Positions 55,446 to 64,000 of a stretch of 64,000 nt of DNA are shown piece by piece; position 1 is the stretch's first letter, and the number at the start of each line of letters is the position of its first letter. Both the position numbers and the translations under genes were made by a program. Under the pieces are notes generated by a model, which saw only the letters and a list, made by a program, of their open reading frames with translations, had not been told where the DNA came from and did no database searches. Source of the DNA: a virus (taxonomy: Duplodnaviria > Caudoviricetes); IMG/VR virus record IMGVR_UViG_3300020047_007062, positions 1 through 64,000 of that record, one strand, 5' to 3'.

Positions 55446-56255
55446 ATGAAGAAGTCCTTTCTACTTTACATTGATACTTTAGAGGTTCTTTCCGCGCTGT
55501 CCGATGAGGATGCGGGGAAGCTATTTAAGGCTATCAGATCGCATGTCGTTGGAGAGGATGCTACCATACCCGATTCAATAAAACTGGTTTTCATTCTGAT
55601 AAAGAACCAACTTGATCGTGATGCAGAAAAATGGAAAAAAATCTCTGAACTCCGCGCTGAACAAGGGAAACAGGGCGGTTTAGCAAAAGCTAACAAAAGC
55701 AAGCAAAAGCTACCAAAAGGTAGCAAGAGTAAGCAAGAGTTAGCAAGTGTAGCTGTTAATGTTACTGTAACTGATAATGATAATGAGAAAGTAAAAAAGA
55801 AAAAGATTCCGTCTGAGGACGGATTTAAGTTTTCAGATTGGTTCAATAGCCTACTTACCGAAGAGTTGAAATCCACGTTTAATGAAAAGAAAAAATTGGA
55901 TTGGGCAAAAACATACGACAAACTGATTGAAATGGGTTACACCAAGGAACAGATAATTTCCGTTGGGAAGTATGGTCGGTCAGATGATTTTTGGTCAAAG
56001 AACTTTTTAAGCCCTGCCAAATTGATTAAGTTCGACAAAGAGGGAACCCGATACATGGACAAACTTTTAGTACACTCAAAAGCTGCTTTCAAAAACCCAA
56101 CCCCCAGTTCCGCGACACCCCCTTCCCTTACCAAGCAACCCGAAGGGTGGGTCAGGAACCCCGTCACAGGCGTTTACGGGCCACCTGTTGAACTCAAAGA
56201 TGATTTCCGTGGTTTGATGCAGGAGGAGGGAGATAGTGGCTTAAATCAAAGCTAA
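55446..56255 (+). CDS. Replication initiator / replisome organiser (DUF6291-type N-terminus)
   Basis: KKSFLLY..LSDEDAGKLFKAI..IKNQLDRD..W; immediately upstream of dnaB. Confidence 0.75.
   Translation: MKKSFLLYIDTLEVLSALSDEDAGKLFKAIRSHVVGEDATIPDSIKLVFILIKNQLDRDAEKWKKISELRAEQGKQGGLAKANKSKQKLPKGSKSKQELASVAVNVTVTDNDNEKVKKKKIPSEDGFKFSDWFNSLLTEELKSTFNEKKKLDWAKTYDKLIEMGYTKEQIISVGKYGRSDDFWSKNFLSPAKLIKFDKEGTRYMDKLLVHSKAAFKNPTPSSATPPSLTKQPEGWVRNPVTGVYGPPVELKDDFRGLMQEEGDSGLNQS
55681..55750 (+). repeat. Seven tandem 10-bp repeats (WAGCAARAGY consensus); putative iterons/origin
   Basis: TAGCAAAAGC TAACAAAAGC AAGCAAAAGC TACCAAAAGG TAGCAAGAGT AAGCAAGAGT TAGCAAGTGT, followed by an AT-rich tract. Confidence 0.7.
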
Positions 56256-56270
56256 TGAGTTTTTAACCAT

Positions 56271-57713
56271 ATGAATTACTCTAACCCGTTCGACCTCATT
56301 GGTAAGATACCCCCCTCGGCCATAGAAATGGAGGCCGCCGTCATTGGGATGATCTTGCTTGAGAACAAGGCCCACGGTCGGATAGCCGACATGCTCAGGC
56401 CCGAAATGTTCTACAAGGGGGAACACCAAGTCCTCTATTCTGCCATTGAATCCATGCTCAGGGAGGGTAAGGCAGCCGACATCCTGACTGTCACCCAATA
56501 CTTGAGGGAGGAGGGTAAACTTGATTACGTAGGGGGAGCCTATGCCATATCCCAAATGACAACCCGCATTGTCGGGACATACCCCATACAGCAATATGCC
56601 CTCAGTTTGATCGAGAACTACCTCCGCAGGGAGTTAATCACTTTGGGGAGCCAAACCTCCACGGACGCCTACGACACCACCCTCGACGTGTTTGATTTGG
56701 TTGACAAGACCAACAGGCAACTGACGGGTATCCTGACGCAGAACGTCAAACCATCGGCATCCCACGTAGCACAGTTGCAGCGGGGAGCCATAGAGGACAT
56801 CACCAACAGGAACGCCACGGCCAACTACATTCATGGCATCCCATTCTACATCCCCTCGGTGGATAAGGTAATTGGCGGGATGGGTAAGGGGGACTTGTTC
56901 ATTATTGCCGCCCGACCCGCGATGGGGAAGACTGCCTATGTGCTATCCGCTGCCTTGAGGCAAGCCCAAGCGGGGAAACCCGTATTGATTTTCAGTTTGG
57001 AGATGAGTAAGGAACAACTCAATTACAGGCTACTTTCAACCCTCACGGGGATTAATGGGGATCGCCTTATGAAGCAGCCACTAAATCAGGACGAGATAAT
57101 GAGGGTGAATCAGGCAATGGGCCAGTTGGAGAGGTTGCCCATATACATTGACGATACGGCGGCCCTCAACGTGTGGTCAGCGAGGTCAATAGCCCAACGC
57201 TATACCGAACAGTTCGGGGTAGAGGTGGCCTATGTGGATTACCTGCAACTAATGACCGTTGACGGTAAGAGGGGAGGCAGCAGGGAGCAGGAAGTGTCGG
57301 AGATCAGCCGAACCCTCAAGCAGACCGCTAAGGATTGTAGGATACCCGTGGTGGCGTTGTCGCAACTGTCGAGGGCCACAGAATCAAGGGGGGACAAGAG
57401 GCCGATACTGAGTGACTTGAGGGAGTCGGGGAGTATCGAACAGGACGCAGACGAGGTGGCTTTCCTGTACAGGCCCGAATATTATGGGATACCCGAAACG
57501 GAGAATGGGGAGCCGTCACAGGGGCGGGCTGAGTTTATCATTGCCAAGAACAGGCACGGGGGGATTGCGACTGTTAATTTGGGATTTTCGGCCCGTACAA
57601 CGACCTTCTATGACCCCAACGAGGGGAGGATGGAACCGAGGGAGGCGCCCCACCCCGACGCGAGGATTGAACCCAATACGTCCTTTTTGGTAAATGGTGA
57701 ACCTCCATTTTAA
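56271..57713 (+). CDS. dnaB: Replicative DNA helicase DnaB
   Basis: AARPAMGKT, FSLEM, VDYLQL, LSQLSR, SDLRESGSIEQDAD, IAKNRHG. Confidence 0.97.
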   Translation: MNYSNPFDLIGKIPPSAIEMEAAVIGMILLENKAHGRIADMLRPEMFYKGEHQVLYSAIESMLREGKAADILTVTQYLREEGKLDYVGGAYAISQMTTRIVGTYPIQQYALSLIENYLRRELITLGSQTSTDAYDTTLDVFDLVDKTNRQLTGILTQNVKPSASHVAQLQRGAIEDITNRNATANYIHGIPFYIPSVDKVIGGMGKGDLFIIAARPAMGKTAYVLSAALRQAQAGKPVLIFSLEMSKEQLNYRLLSTLTGINGDRLMKQPLNQDEIMRVNQAMGQLERLPIYIDDTAALNVWSARSIAQRYTEQFGVEVAYVDYLQLMTVDGKRGGSREQEVSEISRTLKQTAKDCRIPVVALSQLSRATESRGDKRPILSDLRESGSIEQDADEVAFLYRPEYYGIPETENGEPSQGRAEFIIAKNRHGGIATVNLGFSARTTTFYDPNEGRMEPREAPHPDARIEPNTSFLVNGEPPF

Positions 57714-57762
57714 CCCTTTTTGGCTTGTGGGAACCAATTACATTTACTCACCTTTGCCGATT

Positions 57763-57990
57763 ATGAAACAGACAGGAAGAATATTTGAATGTGACGTTCC
57801 GATGGAAAGTCTAACGGGCATTACAACTCTTGCCAAAATAGAGATAAGCATAAGAGGTGGTGTAGTTGTCACTCTAAGTCCATTTTCTGACAAACCTGCG
57901 ATTATGACTTTTGATAGTCTTAATTTGGCTAAGAGGTCTTTTGCGGATTTGGCTGACATTATGGATCAAATAAACAAGTGGCAGGATTAA
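57763..57990 (+). CDS. Hypothetical protein
   Basis: Start 6 nt after a CACCTTTG promoter-like box. Confidence 0.55.
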   Translation: MKQTGRIFECDVPMESLTGITTLAKIEISIRGGVVVTLSPFSDKPAIMTFDSLNLAKRSFADLADIMDQINKWQD

Positions 57991-58028
57991 TCATTGCCAT
58001 AGAACAATGTAATACGTTGTAGGACACT

Positions 58029-58436
58029 ATGAGCAACGAACAAATAATTGAAACCGTAAAACGGATAGTATCCGAATACCACGGGATACCCGTTGAAAAC
58101 GTATTCTCCAAATCCCGCAAGAAGGAACTTGTATTCCCCCGACAGATAGCGTGGACAATCCTCGCGTGGCATGGGGGCAATACCCTCACCAAGATAGGGG
58201 CCACGTCGGGCCACGGACATTCCAACGTGATTCATGCTCGAAAGAAAATACAGGGGTACATAGACATGGACAGGGCTTTCAGGTTCCACTTACGGGAGGT
58301 TTTGGCGAAAGTCGTTGAGGTGTATCCCCAATTATCATCTTTGTGCAATAACATACCCGTGGATGCGTCAATCAGGCCGTCGAGTAACCACTTGCCCCTT
58401 GTGAAGGTTAAGTTCCACGAAATAGAAGCAGCATGA
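58029..58436 (+). CDS. DnaA C-terminal-like HTH DNA-binding protein
   Basis: SKSRKKELVFPRQI..LTKIG..GHSNVIHA..KI. Confidence 0.8.
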   Translation: MSNEQIIETVKRIVSEYHGIPVENVFSKSRKKELVFPRQIAWTILAWHGGNTLTKIGATSGHGHSNVIHARKKIQGYIDMDRAFRFHLREVLAKVVEVYPQLSSLCNNIPVDASIRPSSNHLPLVKVKFHEIEAA

Positions 58437-58892
58437 CCTATGAAGAACTACTCACCCTCAGAACATACAGGGACGAACTCGTGGAGTTACTCAATCGGGG
58501 GGAAGACGATAACATTGTCCTCTGCGGACGTGGAGAAGGAATTGTCCTCACGGGAAAGAGAGACCTTACAAAACAGGACACCCAAAAGATTGCGGATGAA
58601 CTCCAAAGAATTGACCATCTTCTCCGAAATTATGTCCGACCCCATAACGGGGGAAGAAAACCAACTGCAAGAAATCATAAACCACCAACTCAAAATAGAA
58701 GGGAAGTGGGCAAAGGGGGCGCTATCCTACGGGATATACGAGATGGGGAAAAGGATAAGGCAGTTAAAGGCAGAAAGGGCAGGAAGGGAATGGGAAAAGG
58801 AAACGTTAGCCTCAACACCCCCAAGGGGTCAAAGAAGGGTACAATACATGGAAAACCTCGCTGCCGGAAGGTGGCCTAATCAATATTTATGA
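58433..58892 (+). CDS. One or two overlapping hypothetical genes (frames 58433-58879 and 58440-58892)
   Basis: The first frame looks coding 5-prime, the second 3-prime and abuts the GT2 gene. Confidence 0.4.
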
Positions 58893-59644
58893 ACGATAAT
58901 TTACCAATGGGGACACCCCCGCTGACGATTGCCATTACGACCTATAACCGTGACCCCCAAATGGTCATTGATTCGTTCAGGCAGGTTTATGACCACCCTG
59001 CGGTGGACGAGGTGGTTATTGTGGATGATTGTAGTGATAATTCACAGTTTATTCAGTTAGACCTTGATATAGAAACTTTCCGCAAAGGAAAACCTGCACA
59101 AAATTTATCTGTTTATAGGAACACCAAAAATATGGGCATGAGCCGCAACAAGTCTAATGCAATCAGGTGGTCACGCAACGATTGGGTTCTAATCCTCGAT
59201 TCGGACAACGCCCTCTACCCATCCTCGATTGACGCCATTTGTAAACTCACCAACCTCCGCACCGACACCATCTATTGCCCCGCCTTCGCCGAACCCGAAT
59301 TTGATTACAGGCGCCTGCAAGGGAAGTCATGGGACGCCAAGGGGGTCGCCTCCCAAATCAAGAGCAGGGATATGAGCGTACTACTCAACACCTGTAACTA
59401 CCTCGTCCATCGGGATACCTACCTTGAAACCTATGAGTACAACCCCGACGTTAAGGAGAGTGATACCATTTGGTTCAACTACTTGTGGTTGAGACGTGGT
59501 GGGCTGCTCCATGTGGTTCCCGATTGGCATTATTACCACCGCATCCACGAGGGGTCGGGTTGGAAACAGAACGCCTCGGAGAACATGAGGATGGCCGAGA
59601 GGATCAAGGGGGAAATTGTACAACTTGCAAATCAAATACAATAG
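58889..59644 (+). CDS. Glycosyltransferase family 2
   Basis: IAITTYNR, VVIVDDCS, LILDSDN. Confidence 0.88.
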   Translation: MNDNLPMGTPPLTIAITTYNRDPQMVIDSFRQVYDHPAVDEVVIVDDCSDNSQFIQLDLDIETFRKGKPAQNLSVYRNTKNMGMSRNKSNAIRWSRNDWVLILDSDNALYPSSIDAICKLTNLRTDTIYCPAFAEPEFDYRRLQGKSWDAKGVASQIKSRDMSVLLNTCNYLVHRDTYLETYEYNPDVKESDTIWFNYLWLRRGGLLHVVPDWHYYHRIHEGSGWKQNASENMRMAERIKGEIVQLANQIQ

Positions 59645-59647
59645 GAT

Positions 59648-59947
59648 ATGAACTGGTACATTGGACAGGATATTGTGGCGATAGAAGATCACCAACAAGG
59701 TATATTCAAAAAGTGGGAAGTGTTTAAAATTCGTGGATTACGGATGTGTAAATGTAAGTGTAATCATGTGGAGATTGATATTGGCTTCTCCGTGAAAACG
59801 CTGCGCTGTGCTACATGCAACACAGAGAATGTGCCTAATTCTGGAATTTGGTGGCTTCATGAGAAACGTTTCGCCCCCCTCGACAACCTCGTGAACATGG
59901 ACGAGATCAAGGAGGTGATGGAAGATACAGACCTGATCCCCGCATGA
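59648..59947 (+). CDS. Cys-rich hypothetical protein
   Basis: CKCKC and CATC motifs; AT-rich. Confidence 0.6.
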   Translation: MNWYIGQDIVAIEDHQQGIFKKWEVFKIRGLRMCKCKCNHVEIDIGFSVKTLRCATCNTENVPNSGIWWLHEKRFAPLDNLVNMDEIKEVMEDTDLIPA

Positions 59948-60675
59948 TAACCTGTAAGTACGTCGGCCAAACGGGGAACCAACTATTCATCGCTGCCGCA
60001 GCCATAGCAACGGCCATCCGCAACAATGACACATTCCTATCCCCCCACACGACCAACTCCCGTGGGTTGTGGCCGTTCTACCTTACCCACCTACCCGAAT
60101 ACAGGGGGATTCCCAAAGCGAAGTTCGTTTTTAAGGAACCCGCCTTCGGATCACCCAACCCCATCCCGTACCACCCCGACATGATGATTATGGGCTACTT
60201 TCAAGCCCACCAACACTTTTGGGACATCAAGGACGAGGTGTTGGAAATATTGCGCCCACCCCACTTCAACAGGGACAAAATACCATACACGTCCCTCCAC
60301 GTCCGCAGGGGGGACTACGTTCAACTGGCCCACAAACACCCACCGATCACCACGGGGTATATCAGCGAGGCCATCAAGTATCTGAACCCCAAAAAGGTAT
60401 TGGTATTTTCCGACGACATCCCGTGGTGCAGGGAACATTTACGGGGCGCTCTTTTTGACTTTAGTGTGGGTCGGGACACGATGGGGGATTTGGAGTTAAT
60501 GAGTCGTTGTGAGAACCACATCATTTGTAATTCGACATTCAGTTATTGGGCCGCTATATTTGGCGGCGGGGAAACGGTGGCCCCCACACCCGAAACGTGG
60601 TTTGGCCCCGGCAATGCCCACCTTAATTCATCAAACATACTACCCCCTGAGTGGGTTAAATTTCCATTATGCTGA
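59944..60675 (+). CDS. GT11 alpha-1,2-fucosyltransferase-like glycosyltransferase
   Basis: GQTGNQLF, GYFQ, LHVRRGDY, VFSDD, ICNSTFSYW. Confidence 0.9.
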   Translation: MITCKYVGQTGNQLFIAAAAIATAIRNNDTFLSPHTTNSRGLWPFYLTHLPEYRGIPKAKFVFKEPAFGSPNPIPYHPDMMIMGYFQAHQHFWDIKDEVLEILRPPHFNRDKIPYTSLHVRRGDYVQLAHKHPPITTGYISEAIKYLNPKKVLVFSDDIPWCREHLRGALFDFSVGRDTMGDLELMSRCENHIICNSTFSYWAAIFGGGETVAPTPETWFGPGNAHLNSSNILPPEWVKFPLC

Positions 60676-61517
60676 CCTTTTGCTCCCATTGTGACATTAA
60701 CTACTTGCCCAAGTTTTTGGCAATGTGGTGGTCTGTCCGCAACCACGAACCCGATGCCATTGTCCACCTGTTGTGTAACGACGACGAAACCTTCGATCAT
60801 GTGGTGGCGCGGGGAGTTGATGGGGTGATACCAACGAAACTTAGTGAATTAAGAAATACCGACGATTCCCTCGGCAAACTACGGGAGGCAGCGGGGTCTG
60901 ACTTCGGGAGCAAGGACGACAATTTTATATGGGCGCTCAGTCCCTATTGGATAAACAAGTGTCTCCCTAAGTGCGCAGAAAACGAATACCTAATTTATGT
61001 AGATGCGGACATCTTGTTTTACATGGCGCCATCCCTAATCATTAAAGCCATTGGCGGGAACTCAATAGGCATCCACACCCACCGATTTACCCAAATGTAC
61101 AACCCATACTGTTCAGTAGGTTCTTTTAACGTGGGCGTCGTTGTATTGAAGAATGATCGCATTGGCCGCACAGCAAGTAATTGTTGGATAGGATGGCTAC
61201 GGGAGACAGGGAACCTGTTCAGGAGCCAATACGGAAAGTGTGGGGATCAGGGCTATCTTGCTCTCATATATGACCTGTTTCGAAAGAATGTCACAGTATT
61301 TGACGTTGCGCAGGAATTTACGCACTTGGCACCGTGGTGTACGGAAAATCCGCAAACCAAACCAGTCATATTCTATCACTTCTCTCACTTCCGTTACATA
61401 AGCAATACCGAATGGGCCGATTCCCTCAAAGGGGAGTGGAACCCGTCTTCGCAAAGCCATATTAAGCCTTATTACGAACATTATCACCAAGTAATATCCT
61501 GTATCCTCAATGATTGA
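60669..61517 (+). CDS. GT-A fold glycosyltransferase-like protein
   Basis: YVDADILF, FNVGVV, GDQGYL, IFYHFS. Confidence 0.75.
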   Translation: MLTFCSHCDINYLPKFLAMWWSVRNHEPDAIVHLLCNDDETFDHVVARGVDGVIPTKLSELRNTDDSLGKLREAAGSDFGSKDDNFIWALSPYWINKCLPKCAENEYLIYVDADILFYMAPSLIIKAIGGNSIGIHTHRFTQMYNPYCSVGSFNVGVVVLKNDRIGRTASNCWIGWLRETGNLFRSQYGKCGDQGYLALIYDLFRKNVTVFDVAQEFTHLAPWCTENPQTKPVIFYHFSHFRYISNTEWADSLKGEWNPSSQSHIKPYYEHYHQVISCILND

Positions 61518-62160
61518 CATAGTAGGCGTTATTAAGATCACAGACCCCACGAGGGAAACGTACCACAGAGCATGTGTGTCGTCATTGTCATTAGTCAGGC
61601 ACACGGGGGATTTCCTGATCTACAACGGGGATGTTAGTAGTTATGGGCAAACGTATATGCATCTTCTTGAACAATGTTATCAGCCATTTGTGCTGAATTA
61701 CATAGAGGACGCATTTATGACATTGGATGACAGGGCCATATTGTTTTCCATGTTGTCGGAAATGCAGCAACATTCATGCGACGTAATGAAGGCTTCTTTC
61801 CACAAGATTGAACTCAATAGCCTCTCCGCACTTACCGAAATTACGGAGACCCAACATGGTTACATTTACGAAAACACGCCTGAAAACCATTACAAATATT
61901 GCACCCACTACGGACACAGGTATTGGTTAGGGGTGAACATGATTACCACGAGGAACTTCGCCCTTAGATTTTGGAACCGCAACTTGGGCCACAGGCCGCA
62001 TGAATACGAGTTTAACGATTACAACCCGTCGTTCCACCATAAAGTATATGTCCCAAAAATAGAGGTGTTGGCAAGCATTGACGACGACCACGGGGAACCA
62101 AATACAGCCCTCATTCACAGGGATGAACCTAAGTTTGTTAAAATAATGTCTGAAATATGA
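61510..62160 (+). CDS. Putative glycosyltransferase-like / sugar-modifying protein
   Basis: In the cluster; LNYIED motif; weak evidence. Confidence 0.4.
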   Translation: MIDIVGVIKITDPTRETYHRACVSSLSLVRHTGDFLIYNGDVSSYGQTYMHLLEQCYQPFVLNYIEDAFMTLDDRAILFSMLSEMQQHSCDVMKASFHKIELNSLSALTEITETQHGYIYENTPENHYKYCTHYGHRYWLGVNMITTRNFALRFWNRNLGHRPHEYEFNDYNPSFHHKVYVPKIEVLASIDDDHGEPNTALIHRDEPKFVKIMSEI

Positions 62161-63071
62161 TTAAGCTATTTCACATAAACGACCACGTAATCAACACGGT
62201 CATGTTCAACAACCTGCTACACGACAGGTGTGTGTCGAACTTTGAGACCGTCATTGCCAACTACGTGGGGGCTGAGTATGCCGTGGGGCTGAATAGCGCA
62301 ACGAGCGCCATTTTCCTCCTCACCAAATTGTTTAATCCACAAACGGTTTCTATCCCGTCCATGATACCCCCTGTGGTTCCCAACGCAATTATCACGGGCG
62401 GCTCCCAAGTGGGATTTTATGACAACACTAATTGGGTCGGGGGCGAATATCGTCTAACCCCTGAAATTATAGATTCCGCACAGGCCATTTACAAAGATCA
62501 GTTTGCTCTGTATGGAAGGTCTGCAAAGTGCATAGTGTACTCCATGTACCCGACAAAACCCATTGGGAGTTGTGACGGGGGAATAGTGGCCACCAACGAC
62601 AAAAACCTTTACAAGGCACTCAAAGAGATGTCAATGAACGGGATGTCCTTCGCGGAGAATAATTGGGACAGGAAACAGAATAGTATCGGATACAAGATGT
62701 ACATGAACTCCATTCAGGCTGAAATAGCCATGCGCAACTTTTTTAAGTTGGAGGAGAAAAAGGAGAAGCTGGTAGAAGTTCGCCACAAGTACAATACAGC
62801 CTTTGGGCTTTCCAACGTGTCCGAACACCTGTATAGGATAAATGTAAGAAACAACCGAGAATTTATCGAGGCCGCCAAGGCCAATGGTATTGTTTGTGGA
62901 ATCCATTACGATACCTGCCACGACAAACCTATCTTTGGCTTTCATGCATCGTTACCACTCTCAGAGGCGGAACGGGAAACAACGGTTAGTATCCCATTCC
63001 ACGAGGCGCTTACCGAATATGAGATAAACAAAGTAATTCAATTTACCAATGAACAAATTAAAAACGATTAG
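62157..63071 (+). CDS. DegT/DnrJ/EryC1/StrS sugar aminotransferase
   Basis: AVGLNSATSA, IIDSAQA, SMYPTK (PLP lysine), GGIV. Confidence 0.88.
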   Translation: MIKLFHINDHVINTVMFNNLLHDRCVSNFETVIANYVGAEYAVGLNSATSAIFLLTKLFNPQTVSIPSMIPPVVPNAIITGGSQVGFYDNTNWVGGEYRLTPEIIDSAQAIYKDQFALYGRSAKCIVYSMYPTKPIGSCDGGIVATNDKNLYKALKEMSMNGMSFAENNWDRKQNSIGYKMYMNSIQAEIAMRNFFKLEEKKEKLVEVRHKYNTAFGLSNVSEHLYRINVRNNREFIEAAKANGIVCGIHYDTCHDKPIFGFHASLPLSEAERETTVSIPFHEALTEYEINKVIQFTNEQIKND

Positions 63072-63432
63072 TGACGAGAGGGGTGTCCTGATGGTCATAG
63101 ACCACTCCGCAATCCCCTTTGAGGTTAAACGAACGTTCTTTATCAACTCAGTCCCCGACGGCCACACGAGGGGGAATCACGCGCATAAGGAATGTCACCA
63201 ATTCTTTATTTGCCTCTCACGAATCGTACACCTAAGTCTCCATTGCAAAAACCCGTCATTCACAGACCTCCCCGAAGTGGTTTCACTAACCCAAGGGGAA
63301 TCCATCTATATCCCGCCGCTCACTTGGGTTGACCTTGTGTTCACAGAGGGCGCATCGGTTTGTGTTGTGTGTTCACATGAGTACGATCCCAACGATTATA
63401 TTTCCGACTACGCTAAATTCGAATTGTTATGA
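63049..63432 (+). CDS. FdtA/QdtA-family cupin sugar 3,4-ketoisomerase
   Basis: DERGVL, PFEVKRTF, RGNHAHK, IPPLTW, SHEYDPNDYI. Confidence 0.9.
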   Translation: MNKLKTISDERGVLMVIDHSAIPFEVKRTFFINSVPDGHTRGNHAHKECHQFFICLSRIVHLSLHCKNPSFTDLPEVVSLTQGESIYIPPLTWVDLVFTEGASVCVVCSHEYDPNDYISDYAKFELL

Positions 63433-64000
63433 AAATATCCGCAGGAATGATCGTCCTTAATTCGGACTTTGTGTTAAGGCAAACCATTGAATCCATCATC
63501 CCATTTGTTGATCGGGTTTATATAGCCGAGGGGCCAGTATCATGGTGGCAGTCAAAGGGCATTATTGGCTCAACTGACGAAACGATGGACATCCTTTCTT
63601 CATTCGGGGACAAGGTTGCTGTGGTGCGGGGATCATTTGCGGAAAAGACGGAGCAATGCAGGGCGTGGTTCTCAATGGTTCCAAGCGACACGGACTACGT
63701 ACTCTGTGTGGATGCTGACGAGGTTCATAAGCCCGAACACCTTGAATCGCTCATCAGGTTTTTGGAAAAGGAACAGCCCAAAAGCGTTGGATTTAAGAGC
63801 AATACCTTTTTTGGTGGCTTTGACCATGTTATGGGCGGCTTCGAGGCAGAACACGATTTCGTGAGGGTTCTTAAATACGAGAGGGGGTGTGAGTACCTGA
63901 CACATAGGGCGCCCACACTATCACTCAACGGCGTACCACTACAAGGCAGACACATTACGGGACAACAACTGTTTGAAGCCACGGGCCACGAGATGTTCCA
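63429..64000 (+). CDS. Glycosyltransferase family 2-like, truncated by the window end
   Basis: Hand translation MKISAGMIVLN..IESI..AEG..STDET..VDADEV; open to the window edge. Confidence 0.75.
   Translation, partial: MKISAGMIVLNSDFVLRQTIESIIPFVDRVYIAEGPVSWWQSKGIIGSTDETMDILSSFGDKVAVVRGSFAEKTEQCRAWFSMVPSDTDYVLCVDADEVHKPEHLESLIRFLEKEQPKSVGFKSNTFFGGFDHVMGGFEAEHDFVRVLKYERGCEYLTHRAPTLSLNGVPLQGRHITGQQLFEATGHEMF

Noticed and set aside
55219-55446. 75-aa ORF between HNH and the initiator
   Set aside because: Overlaps HNH; looks like a regulatory spacer; no supporting motif
1-64000. Stop-codon recoding as in some crAss-like phages
   Set aside because: Long genes are intact under code 11 and coding density is high
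1-64000. CRISPR array, DGR or retron
   Set aside because: No spaced direct-repeat array, reverse transcriptase or TR/VR pair found by eye
1-64000. Integrase, repressor or att site
   Set aside because: No tyrosine or serine recombinase recognised; no duplicated tRNA 3-prime end

Overview
The window is most of a Bacteroidota-infecting tailed phage or prophage genome (podovirus-like, standard genetic code). Host evidence: repeated TAnnTTTG (-7) promoters and A-rich, SD-less leaders. Layout: (+) 201-13921 early, host-takeover and recombination genes (Ocr-like acidic protein, u-spanin candidate, RuvC-like resolvase, SSB-like protein, YqaJ exonuclease, tRNA-CAT, YopX, NinB-like). This block is interrupted by a complete 2833-bp IS1-family element with passenger genes and an 8-bp target duplication. 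(-) 14089-50881 lysis cassette, 2904-aa modular internal virion protein, crAss-like tail, ring, capsid, portal and terminase genes, Tad2 (DUF2829), GroEL and two GroES-type genes. (+) 50909-54315 fibre-like genes. (+) 54879-64000 HNH, DUF6291-type initiator with an iteron-like array, DnaB, DnaA-C-like HTH and a sugar-modification cluster (FdtA, DegT, GT2, GT11). No integrase, DNA polymerase, RNA polymerase, reverse transcriptase or CRISPR array was recognised. Top leads: (1) dispersed integron attC-like hairpins bracketing small AT-rich genes with exactly complementary 10-bp GTTnnnnGCA cores and no integrase in view; (2) repeat-delimited, apparently swappable domain cassettes inside the giant virion protein; (3) the IS-borne RelE-like gene pair; (4) the private chaperonin and glycan systems. 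All family assignments come from motif recognition by eye, not from database searches.
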